From NCBI RefSeq assembly GCF_000400465.1, contig NW_008806292.1, forward strand, positions 120,001 to 182,000: 62,000 nt of DNA, read 5' to 3'. The stretch is from Wallemia ichthyophaga EXF-994 (Eukaryota; Fungi; Basidiomycota). A model generated the notes under the pieces. It saw only the letters and a program-made list of their open reading frames with translations, was not told the DNA's origin and ran no database searches. The position numbers and the translations under genes were made by a program. Shown piece after piece: positions 25,520 to 36,662 of the stretch; the first letter of the stretch is position 1; each line of letters opens with the position of its first letter.

Positions 25520-27542
25520 TTATTTGCGATAGAAACTGTTTAGTTAGCATGATATTATGAGAGGACAACACACTTACATCTTCTTGAAGTTGAAGTAAAG
25601 TTGCATCACTCCTCTGTCGTACGACGATCTGAATCCTCTGGAAAGAAAATCAGCTGTTGTCTCAAAATCAGACCACTACCCACCGTTTATGCGAGTGTTC
25701 CCACTCTTTGTTGACAATCGTGAATGCAATGTCTTCATATGGAGGTCCTGCTATGAACATTACCGTAGATATGTCAGGATTATCTTTGTTTTTAATGACT
25801 TTGTAAGTCGGTGTCTTGGTTTTGTCTATGAGATCCGGGTAGAAGATGTTGAACTTGTATCCTTGAACAACTTTCGGAGGTGGGTTGTCTTGATCGTAGT
25901 GTGTTTGGTTGTATCTAGATAATTTGGTTGAGATTTTTATCAAAAAGGAGCATCATGACCCACTTGTTCCACTCATAACCTGTATGCACTCTATTGAAGT
26001 ATCTCGGTTTGCGCGGCCTGTTCAGGTCATCCCACGTGTAAGTCACTTTGGCGGCCTCTTGGACTTCTGTGAAGATATAGTCGTTGTCGAACTCGTCGTT
26101 GAAGTTGTGAGGTGTTTGTAAATCCTGCATCCTGAACCAATTCTCTAGCTCCATATCTGTCACCGAGGCACCGACATCATCTGCTCGGGGTGCTACCTGC
26201 TTCTGAGGCAGTTCTGATCTGGCTATGAAAGTCGAGTTTATCAATTCACGCCTGTGTTTCATCTATTCAAATAATGGTTATTAGTTGAGTTCTATTCAAA
26301 TAAACTTACCAAATTCTTCTTATCGTCTTCTTCCAGTACCATCGGCATCTGTCGATCTTCATACGGCAGTTGCTTTTTATGTGTTGGTTTAGGAGACATA
26401 CAGGGATCATATTCGTCAGGTTTGATTGCTTCTGTCTTAGGCGTCTCTTCTGGCTGTTTGGACTTAGGTGCCTGATCCATATCGTCTTTCATCGATTTGG
26501 TTAATTCAGACTGCATTCTTTCTGCTTCGAGCTGCTGCTTTTCGCGTAATTGAGTAAGTCGATTGTTGAGCACGAGTTTGTGCATGTCATTCAACTTGGC
26601 TTTGGCTTTGTGCACGAGTAAACTTTTGAGAAGATCCTCCCAGTACTCCATATCGATTGCTGCATCAGATTGTAGCTTGACCTGAATAGATTGTTGCAGT
26701 TGTGAGAGCTGGTAGAGGCTCTTTCCTTGGAGTATCATCTCTATCTGTTCCTCTGCGTCTTCGTCTATTGCGTGTGGCTCGCTCATTGTTCTCACTATTC
26801 TTTCCAACTTGTTTTCACAAACGGCTAGCATGCACTTGAGCGATTCATTAGAAGGATGAGATAGTAAGAGAAAGTAACCCACGTTCCAAAATTCTTTGTT
26901 TTGTTCAGCTGTCTCAAGGTCAAGGAATTCGCAAATATCAGCATGAAGCGCTTTAGCTTGGTCGAAATTGATATTTTCCAAGATACGATAGGGTTCATCG
27001 AGATGGACTTCAAGACCAGTTTCAACTTCTTGGTCGTCATCACGGGTGTGGGTGGTATCAGGATGTGCAAACTTCAAATTCAAGCAGAGGTAGTCAATTG
27101 GCTGAGCCCTGTGGCCCTTGATTCTCATAACAGCACGCATACGCTTCTGTTCAAGCATGAAATCATCTTCTTTATTGAGCCATTCTTGGGTTTGAGCAGA
27201 GTCATTTAGTCGTTGCGCTTTAGACTGCTCTGCCTCTTTCTCCATCTTATCCAATTCACGTTGTTGTCTTCTCATATTGAGTTTGTGAAGCTCTTCCCTC
27301 GTTTCAGCTCTGCGCTGCTCATCTCTCTCAGCTGCTTGATCTGCAGTGATACCAGATTTCCTATCTTTCTCAGATTTCTTCTGCCACTGAAATTTAGAGT
27401 TTAGATCTGAATCGTTGAAAGGGTTATCTGAGCCGGAGAAAGTGGAAGCTGTAGCCATTCTCCGTGATTCTTCTTGCTTCCTTTCACGCTTGGATTGATG
27501 AGAGTTATCGTCATCGTATCTATCTCTCTTGAAAGAAGACAT
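25520..27542 (-). CDS. Cactin, spliceosome-associated
   Basis: FMLEQKRMRAVMRIKGHRAQPID; MEYWEDLL; RKPRYFNRVHTGYEWNK; PPPKVVQGYKFNIFYPDLIDK; AGPPYEDIAF. The last exon ends FYRK-stop at 25520. Confidence 0.93.
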
Positions 27543-27662
27543 GGTGGTAGAGAGATAAGGGGAGTGGTGTGTGTGCTAGCAGCTTAAATACAAGATGTGA
27601 AATTGATTGATTCATTTCTAATCTTGCGATTGTAATCTTGCGACTTAGACTATCGAATTGAT

Positions 27663-27695
27663 ACGCGTGTTGAACACATACCATCAACGACGCGT
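27663..27695. promoter_or_regulatory. Two MluI cell-cycle boxes (ACGCGT) immediately upstream of MCM4
   Basis: ACGCGT at 27663-27668 and 27690-27695; ATG at 27699. Confidence 0.65.
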
Positions 27696-27698
27696 AAA

Positions 27699-30581
27699 AT
27701 GAGCAACAGAAGTTCATCACCAATGTTATTCCCTTCTTCACCTAGCGTGAATAATCAGCGTACACCAACCAGGAATCAACGTGAAAACTCAAATTTACCG
27801 CCTTCTTCACCGGGAATAAACCCAGATTTCTTAGCAGCGCCACCTTCTTCAGATGCAGGTAATCACAGATCATCATCACCGCTGCACTTTCCTTCCTCTT
27901 CTGCATCTACTCCACGTGCTTCTCAACATCTAACTCCCTCGCATCAAAGACGCGGTGATGTTCACTCAAACCTCCCACCTTCCTCACCAAGCTTTGTTAA
28001 ATCAAGAAGACATTTAACTCTTCAAAACGCACCAAATTCTGATATTCACAAGTCAGATAGAACTTTTTCACAGGCTAATGTTCCAAATACTGATAGCCAG
28101 ACTGATGACAGTGGAATGCTTAGAGTCATTTGGGGTACAAACGTTCAAATCGCTGATTCTATGGCTGCTTTTAGAGCCTTCTTGAGAGGTTTCAAGACAA
28201 AGTATAGACGGGCTTATGAAAGAGATTTAGGACGTGATTTACCTAGTTTAACTGACCAAGCAAGCTCTGAGAACGTTCTTTACGAGAGCTACTTGCGAAA
28301 GATGCGATTCACCGGTCAAACCAATTTGAACCTGGATATGAACAATTTAATTTCATTCCCACAATCTCGTAAATTATACTCGCAATTGCAAAAATACCCT
28401 CAGGAGATTATTCCAATCATGGATCAGGTACTCAAAGACGTTATGCTTGAACTCGGTGAGGAGGATGCTGAGCGTGACGAACAAAGGATTGGCCAGCAAG
28501 CCTGGGATGAAGAGCTAGGAGAGTTAATGTCTAAGGTCTACAAAGTACGTCCATTCAATCTCCCATCAGTGAACATGCGCGAGTTGAATCCATCCGACAC
28601 GGACAAACTAGTTTCAATCAAAGGTTTAGTCATCCGTGCCACTCCAATTATACCAGACATGAAGAATGCCTTTTTTAAGTGTACAATATGTCAACACACT
28701 CATCAAGTTGAGATTGACCGTGGAAGAATCGCAGAGCCATCAAGATGTCCAAGAGATGTGTGTAATTACCAAGGCACAATGGCACTCATACACAATAGAT
28801 GTGAATTCGCCGATAAACAAATTGTCCGCCTGCAGGAGACACCCGACAGCGTTCCAGACGGTCAGACACCACACACAGTGTCTCTATGTGTATACGATGA
28901 ACTCGTCGATGTTACTAAGCCTGGTGATAGAATCACCGTTACTGGAATTTTCCGTTCATTACCTGTCCGTGTAAATCCACGCCAGAGGTCCATCAAATCA
29001 CTTTTCAAGACATTCCTCGACATAGTGCATATAAAGCGCACTGATGCAAACAGGATGGGTTTCGACGCAACGACCAGACCTGGTGACCGAGTCAATCTGG
29101 CTGGAGTTGGTGTCGGAGGTGACGACGAGCTAGAGGCTGAGATGGCGAACAATGATGACAACGAAGCTGGTACAATAGCTGAGGAGATGGAGAACAAGTT
29201 AGTAGAAATCTCGCAACGGCCCGACTGTTACGAGTTGCTAGCTCGCTCTCTCGCGCCATCAATTTGGGAGATGGATGACATCAAGAAAGGAATCCTACTG
29301 CAGATGTTTGGAGGAACTAACAAATCAATTGCACGCGGTGGTGGTGGCGGCGGGCCGCGTTTCCGTGGTGACATCAACGTTCTTCTCGTTGGTGATCCAG
29401 GTACTTCCAAGTCGCAGATCCTGCAGGTGAGAGCGATGCAATACAACAATACCTCCTCGCTAATTGCTAACACAGTACGTGCACAAAATAACGCCCCGCG
29501 GTGTCTACACATCTGGTAAAGGATCGTCAGCCGTCGGGTTAACAGCGTACATCACTCGCGATCCGGATTCGAAGCAGTTAGTGCTTGAGAGGTGAGCGGG
29601 GTGTGTCTAAAAGGAGAAAAATACTAACGCACCAGCAGCGGTGCTCTAGTCCTCTCAGACGGCGGTGTGTGCTGTATAGATGAATTCGACAAGATGTCCG
29701 ACGCCACTCGCTCCGTCCTCCATGAAGTGATGGAGCAGCAAACAGTCTCGATAGCGAAAGCGGGTATCATCACCACACTTAATGCCCGTACATCGATTCT
29801 CGCTGCAGCGAACCCAGTGCAATCGAAATACAACGTGAAGCTGCCAATTACCAAGAACATAGATTTACCACCAACGCTCATTTCTCGATTTGACCTGCTT
29901 TATCTTGTGCTGGACAACATCGACGAATTCGCAGATCGCAAACTTGCCAGACATTTAGTGTCTATGTATATCGAAGACGCTCCCGAGACGGCGGGCAGCG
30001 ATGTGCTGGGACTCGACATACTCACCGCCTACATTACCTATGCGAAGAACAAAGTACAGCCCGAGCTGACATCGGAAGCGAGTGAGGAGCTCGTTCGGTG
30101 TTACGTTCAGCTGCGTAAACAAGGAGAAGATGCTAATAACGCTGAAAAAAGAATCACTGCTACAACCCGTCAACTTGAGTCTATGATTAGATTGGCTGAG
30201 GGCCATGCGCGTATGCGTCTATCTAAATTTGTCGAGCTCCTCGATGTAGTCGAAGCCAACAGACTCATCATCGATGCTGTCAAAGGTTCGGCTACAGATC
30301 CAGTTACTGGCTTAGTCGACATCAGTCTTCTCAATACCGGCTACTCGGCTAATAACAGACGTCAAAATCAAGATCTCATTAATGAGATTAGCTCCCTCGT
30401 GGAGGGTTCGAGAAGTGCTAATATCAAGTATAGCGATATACTCGCGCAAATCAACTCACAGTCGAGTATTGCTGTCGATGGCGCTATGTTTGCAGACGCA
30501 GTGAGACAGATGGAAGAAAATGGCGACTTGCAGGTCGTTGGTGAAGGTGCGCGCAAGATGATTAGAAAGGTGGTAACGTAA
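27699..30581 (+). CDS. MCM4: DNA replication licensing factor Mcm4
   Basis: SP-rich N-terminus, IWGTNV, CTIC..C..C zinc finger, [40 protein letters not shown]. Introns at about 29427 and 29592. Confidence 0.97.
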
Positions 30582-30756
30582 AACTTAACCTGATGTATTC
30601 ATATTCTTTTAACATACTTATAACATATACTTGAAAAATATAAACATAAAAAGAAAAAGTATTCATTGTTGTATATAAAACAAGAGAATCGTGTCTTGGT
30701 TGTTTCTATATCCATATGCGAGTGCGAGTGTATCAGAGATGTTCAGTTCTCACAAG

Positions 30757-33700
30757 CTAAAACTGGGACATGTAGAGATAGAACTCGACTTGGCTAGCCG
30801 CAGGGCCATACTGGTAGCAGAAGCGGGAGATTTGGCAAGCAAAGAGGGCTTTTTGGTAAGACAGTGGGAGGCGCTGGAGGAGGTTGTCTATGCCGACGTA
30901 CTGCACGAGCGTCTTTGGCATAGCTTTGCTAAGTACCTTCTTGCGTTTCTCAACATCTGCGAATAATCCATCGCTGCTCTCAAGTTCGAGTTGAAGTTTG
31001 TTGAGTGTACGTGAAAGGTTATCACTGATGATTGTGCGGCTCTCTGTACCACCGAGTCTATTGTACTCGCTCCAGATAGTGTTGAATTCCATACGTGCGT
31101 TGCTTTCGATGATTTCTTGAATATCCTTCACGTAGCTCTCGTAAAATGACGATGGCTTGCCGTTGGTGTACATCATCAGCTCGGAATATTCCTCCTCATT
31201 GAGCGCAAGACCAGCGAGAACTTCCAAACTAGACGACGTGACACCACCTTTGTTTGCTGAAGAGTCACGAATGAGAATAACACCGCGTTTTTCCAGCATC
31301 AGACGAGCCTGTTGCGTAACAAACAGGTTCGCACCTTCGACGATGATCCTGCGTAATGTCAGTACTGTATCACTTTAAAAAACTCCAATTTACTTGAAAT
31401 GTGGCTTTCCTTCGCCATCGAAGAGCTGATTCACGTTTGAGATGTTCACTGCCTGTGGACGACCACCGCATGGGATAAGAACGTCAGCCTTGACGCGAAG
31501 GTGGTATCCATTACGGAAGCTGGTTCCATCCTGTACTATTTCGCCAGATGGCAGCTTGACGTCATTCTGCTCGCAAAGCACTCTGTAACCATCCTTAGAA
31601 AGACGACTGACGTCGAACTCCTTAATCATAACACGCTGCTTAGCCAAGCGAGTTAACTCCGCTCTATCGAGGCCAACAGGATCGTAGATGACACCAGAGC
31701 CATCAACAATAGCCACTGTTTTGTCCTTGCTGAGGAGAATCTCATTGCTACCAAGATCACCATCTGGTCCACCAGTTTGCACCTTGGTCGTCGTTTCCTC
31801 GTCCATGGCCATCTTATCGAGAATGCCAACATAGTACTGTCTAACTGAGCGACTAGTCATACCATACACGTCATGTGGGATACCGCCCAAAGTGTCTGCT
31901 GACTTGCCGGTAGTAAATGACTTCCACCATGGTGCACCTCTGCTACGCGCATGCAGAGCTGCCCAGTCCATGTAACCAGCCGTTCCCTCATCTGGACCAA
32001 GGAACAAAATTTCTTGCTTGGCGTGCAAGTCGACAATTGGCTCTTTGATACCAGGGCTGTTGCCAGGGATGAGGAGATCGATGATACTGTCAATGTAACG
32101 CTCAAATGCTAACTCAGGGTTTGCGTTGAGGTTAGGAAGAATTACACCCTTGCTGCCACCCTCAGGAATGTCCTTGTTCTTGAGTGATTGCGTTGAGGAT
32201 AGGTTGTAGCACTCGTCGAAAAGCATACGTTGGTTAGTGGCGTAATTTTCACTGTCGCGACTGCGAAGAATACGAATACCACCACGAGCAACATCCTTGA
32301 AACGGACGTGGAATCCTTGGAAGTCAGAGCCAACGATGAAAAAGATACCGTATGGTTTCTGAGTGTATTCGTTGTTAGGAAGGAAATCACCATCCAATCT
32401 AAATGATAGCGCTACTTTAGTTGGCTGATAGAAGTTGGTCTTGAGTGTGTGCTTGTTCATAACCATGAAACTTTCGAGGACTTGTAACTCAAATGGGTTA
32501 CGAGTACCCTTTTGAAGAGTAGCGTGGAGCTCTTCATCCGACATGACGTGAACTTGTTGGAGACGCTGGTGAGAGAGAGTAGGTACAACTTCCTCATTGG
32601 CGGAGGAGGCAGGATAGTGCGCCATAGCGAATTGAGTGTATAACAAACGAACGAGCTCTGGATACGATTGAATGACATCGAGGATGGCAGTCTTGGTGAA
32701 GGTTTCTTCTCTCAATCTGCGCTTGAGATCAGCGAGAACACCCATATGGGTGCTGTTGGACTCGTCGAGCAGACTTTGTAGAGCCTCATATGCTGGACCA
32801 AGTCTGTTGCAAAAGTGGGTGATGTAGATGTAACCGACATATGCGTAGGTGGCTTCCTGCACTGCGTTACCCATTCCAGGGTCAGTTTCGGCTGCGCGGG
32901 AGAATAAGGGGTTGTCTGGAAGACAGTAGATGAGGGAAACTTCGCGGACAATTTGAACGACGGAGTGAGAGATTGGTGGGGCTGGTACGAGAGGATCTGT
33001 AGGTTAATTATGTTAGTGGAAATGTTACAAGACGAAAGAAAAGCTCACCTTGGTTGAGATAGAGAGAGACTATCATAGAGCCATTTGAGAAATGCTCAAC
33101 AAACTTCCTAGTTGAGTGGAGGCCATAAAAATGGTAGAGATCGGTGAGAGTAGAGAAGAAGCCCTTCGTTGTACCTCTCTTGTAACCGATAACAATACGA
33201 TGTTCAGTGGTGCCTTCAATTTCGAAACCTTCAACGACAGGTCCAGTACGGACGTCGACCTGGTTGAGGATGCGTTGGTAGATGTCAATGGTGTTAGCGG
33301 AGGCCTTCTCGAGGAAAAGAGGATCCGCAATTTTGCGAATATCGTTTTCCTTGGATTCTAACTTTGGGAAGTTGCATTTCGAAAGGAAGTAACACCTAAG
33401 GTTGCCCTTAGCTTTTGAAGTATAAGTCTCTAATCTGAAAGGAATGCTGTCGCTGTCAAAGTATTTGGAGTCAATTAATTGTTCAACGCCATGGCCAGAC
33501 TTGTCCGAGTGAATGAAAACAGCGTCATTCTCTCTCTCCTTCTTCAAATCGATGTCCAATTTGTTTGAGTCATTGCGGTGTTTAGTGTACGCAACCAATT
33601 TAGCAGCGTAAAGACTGATAATGTGATCAGATATGGTATCAACCGTTTCTAACTTGAAGTAAGTATCATCAATTCCCAAATTGGTGTAGAACCAATTAAC

Positions 33701-34051
33701 TTCATTGTCAACGAGATTTTCAGGAATAAAAGCTTTGTGCTTGAGATTTTCAATTACTTTCTGGCATTGTACATCCTTATCAGCGTAGATTGTGTCAGTG
33801 TAACCTTTGTCATTTTTTAGTTTATTGAGTGCGAGATCGCTATTGCTCTTCTGTAAAGGGGAAGGAGTGGAAGGGATAAAGAGGTGTGGTGTTTGTGACT
33901 GCGATTTTGTCAGTAAGGGATCTCTGAGGGATAAAAAGGAGATGAAGGATGGAGATGGGGATGAGCTGCGAAGGCGTGGGTGGGGGAATGGTGATTCCGT
34001 GGATTCCGTGGATTCCGTGGATCCTGTGGAGGTAATCTCTGGTAGCTTCAT
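30757..34051 (-). CDS. GDH2: NAD-specific glutamate dehydrogenase (large type)
   Basis: GFHVRFKDVARGGIRI; KNKDIPEGGSKG; GPDEGTAG; GGIPHDVYGMT; QTGGPDGDLGSNEI; RDSSANKGGVTSSSLEVLAGL. Confidence 0.96.
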
Positions 34052-34347
34052 CGGTGTTGTTTAATAAGAGATTAGATGAAAACTACCAAATTAGTAAGTC
34101 ACAGCCCATAGCCGTGTGTAACCATATCCAGCCATATTCAGCCATCCCTAGTCATCTCCGCTTTCTACCCACTTTTAATTGTTCCGACATGATGATGGTT
34201 GGAGAAGAAGAGATATAATTTTAGTTATTTAAATATAATCTAGACTCGTGATAATAAATCTCGCTTGTCTGGTCTACTAGCACTGCCGATCCAGCCGACG
34301 CGAGACGCTATCCGTGGTATCAACTTCCATCACCACATTGTGAAGAA

Positions 34348-34809
34348 ATGCTGAAATTATTCTCAAAGAAAGCGCTTTCGTTGTTACCGGAGAATGTTAA
34401 TAAGAGTAGATATAATGTGGTTTATCAGAATGTAAAAGTGGGCGATGAATATCGAAGTGTCAAAGTTCCTCAATACTCGCACAACACATCTGCCAAAGTA
34501 GAACCCAAGGTTTTCTTAGCTAATGAGAGAACACTTGTTAGTTACATCAATATGGCTGTTTTAATTGGTACGCTGTCAATAAGTCTATACAATAGTACAA
34601 ACGAGACGACATCAAGGTATTTTGGATTAGTGTATTCAGCGATATCAGTATTCACGATATTATATGGATACTTTATATATCAAAGGCGATTAACTTTGAT
34701 AAAGAAGAAAGCAAACACCCACTTTGACCATATTCTCGGTCCAATTGCAATCTCAATATGTCTATTCGTTTCAGTGGCTTACAACTTTTATTCCAAATTT
34801 CTTATTTGA
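34348..34809 (+). CDS. DUF202 / Vtc1-like three-TM protein (vacuolar transporter chaperone family), intronless
   Basis: KVEPKVFLANERTLVSYINMAVLIG resembles the VTC motif VEPKVFFANERTFLSW; three hydrophobic segments. Confidence 0.75.
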   Translation: MLKLFSKKALSLLPENVNKSRYNVVYQNVKVGDEYRSVKVPQYSHNTSAKVEPKVFLANERTLVSYINMAVLIGTLSISLYNSTNETTSRYFGLVYSAISVFTILYGYFIYQRRLTLIKKKANTHFDHILGPIAISICLFVSVAYNFYSKFLI

Positions 34810-35452
34810 TCTCTTTCCTCAAAAACACATTCATACGCTTTTTATCTCTGTTTTCTGTTGTGATTGGCGGGTACTCATCCAGTACACACTCAAACCCATC
34901 ACCTAAGATATCCTTATATAATTCAGGTGTATATCCGAATGGGGGTCCTTGCTCAACACCATCCACCAACTCTTCCTTTATAGGGAATACCAATGTTATT
35001 AGCACTCCACCTTGCTTGACTGTGCGCTTCATCTTGTCTGCATATTCACCTCTCCTCTCTAATGGCAGTGCACAGAAGAAAGTGTAATCGTAAACGACGT
35101 CGTATTCTTCCTCCTCAACGAAGAAGTCTGCGCACTTGAACTGCACACCTTCCACTCCCTCGGCTAATTCCGTCGCTAATCTCACACCCTCTGGTGATAT
35201 ATCCATACCTGTAGTAGAATAACCCATTTTTGCAAAGTATATAGCATCATATCCCTTTCCGCAGCCTGGAACCAGCACTTTCACGTTCCTATTAGGCTCT
35301 GGGAGGTGTAGTGCACCTTTCTCCAAATAATGCTTGAGCAGTGGCTGCACATCTCCATTGTCCCATGGCGGTTTGTCACTCAGCCTCCAAATAGCTTCCC
35401 AGCCTTGTTCGTTGTGCTCTTTAAGCAAATGTCTCATTCCATCTTTGTCCAT
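34802..35452 (-). CDS. TPMT-family SAM-dependent thiol/halide methyltransferase, intronless
   Basis: PPWDNG; VLVPGCGKGYD; YDYTFFCALP; GGVLITLVFPI; GPPFG. ATG at 35452. Confidence 0.88.
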   Translation of the reverse strand: MDKDGMRHLLKEHNEQGWEAIWRLSDKPPWDNGDVQPLLKHYLEKGALHLPEPNRNVKVLVPGCGKGYDAIYFAKMGYSTTGMDISPEGVRLATELAEGVEGVQFKCADFFVEEEEYDVVYDYTFFCALPLERRGEYADKMKRTVKQGGVLITLVFPIKEELVDGVEQGPPFGYTPELYKDILGDGFECVLDEYPPITTENRDKKRMNVFLRKEIK

Positions 35453-36198
35453 TGTGTGGTTCAATCGTTGGTGGTATTATGATAACGGATGTGTAATCTA
35501 ATCATAGTATAAATCCAAAAAATGTTAAAATATTGTACAATCTGCATTAAACATATTCATCGCTGTTTGGATTATGTAACTGGCACATTTCCATATTAGC
35601 AACTCTCCTATCCAAACCATCTGAATCATCCATTTCCGACCGCTCATCTGCGTCGATCCTTCTTATTGGACGCAAAATGTTATTGGAGGGAATAATAAAT
35701 TTAAACTCAAGATGGAAAATTATACTTTATATTAAAAGTTGAAAGCAATTGCCACTATAAACAATATGAGCTCCAAGCACAGAGTTCCATAAAGTAATTG
35801 CTTGTTTTTCTTAACCATTTATTTCCTTCTTAATACCTTCTTCTGAGCCTCGATGGACGTACTTAAAGTGACTGTGTTTTGTGGTTGCATAAGAGCGTGT
35901 TAGCATGTGCGCGAGTGGAAGCATAACAATCTATCTCCCCACCTCTACTACCATCTCACAATGTCGAAAATGTTAGAGATGGTGATTTAAACCCTAACAT
36001 TTATTCAGCGAGCCAAACTCCGTATCAGAACTTTATTTACTATTTTTCATATCCGTAAAAGTTAAAGCATGCTGTGTCCCAAACAAGTATCATGTCAGAC
36101 ATGATCTCGGAGTGTGTCAAATGAGGAAAGAAATCAAACCGATAAATGTATCCATGCATTTGGTCCTTATTATAAAATTAGAATGTCATTTTCAATTA

Positions 36199-36524
36199 TT
36201 AATCGAGCTTTCTTGCGCTAAGCTTGAGAGTTGAGACAATTGCACAGATTACTATGGCTATTGTTGACAGACCATATTTGATCCATTGAGCGTCATCTGT
36301 TGGTATATCTGTGAAATTTAGGATCGGGGTCATAAGCAGGTACACGCCAACTGCGACAGTTAATTGCAACTTCATCATCCGTTTGCCCAATTTACCAATC
36401 CCTCCGTTTTTTTCGATGATGGTTGCCAGCGAAGGCTGTGCGTCTCTTGTCTGCATATGAGTGTGCTTTTAAGCATTTGTAATACTATATCTCTCAATCA
36501 CCTCACCTGCAAATTTTCCGACAT
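36199..36524 (-). CDS. Small orphan two-TM protein, 89 aa, 2 predicted exons
   Basis: Exon 1 MSENLQ (36524-36507), 56-nt intron GTGAGG..TGCAG, exon 2 36450-36199 with two hydrophobic helices (LQLTVAVGVYLLM; YGLSTIAIVICAIVSTL). Confidence 0.5.
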
Positions 36525-36662
36525 ACTGAGACTTAGATGATGGAGATAGCGGTTCAAGACGGAATTGTAAATTAAGAATTATTTAAAATATATTTCATCA
36601 ATAAACGAAAAATTCACACTAAAACAAGTTGCGCTGAAAATAACGCCAAAAGCCTACTAAAG

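Noticed and set aside
34189-34260. ATGATGA box C-like heptamer in the GDH2/Vtc1-like intergenic region
   Set aside because: No CTGA box D at a suitable distance and no recognisable guide.
36040-36102. Short ORF MSDMILVWDTACFNFYGYEK as an MSDIN-type cyclic peptide or pheromone precursor
   Set aside because: Lacks the MSDINxxRLP leader, flanking prolines and any CAAX end; consistent with a chance 20-codon ORF.
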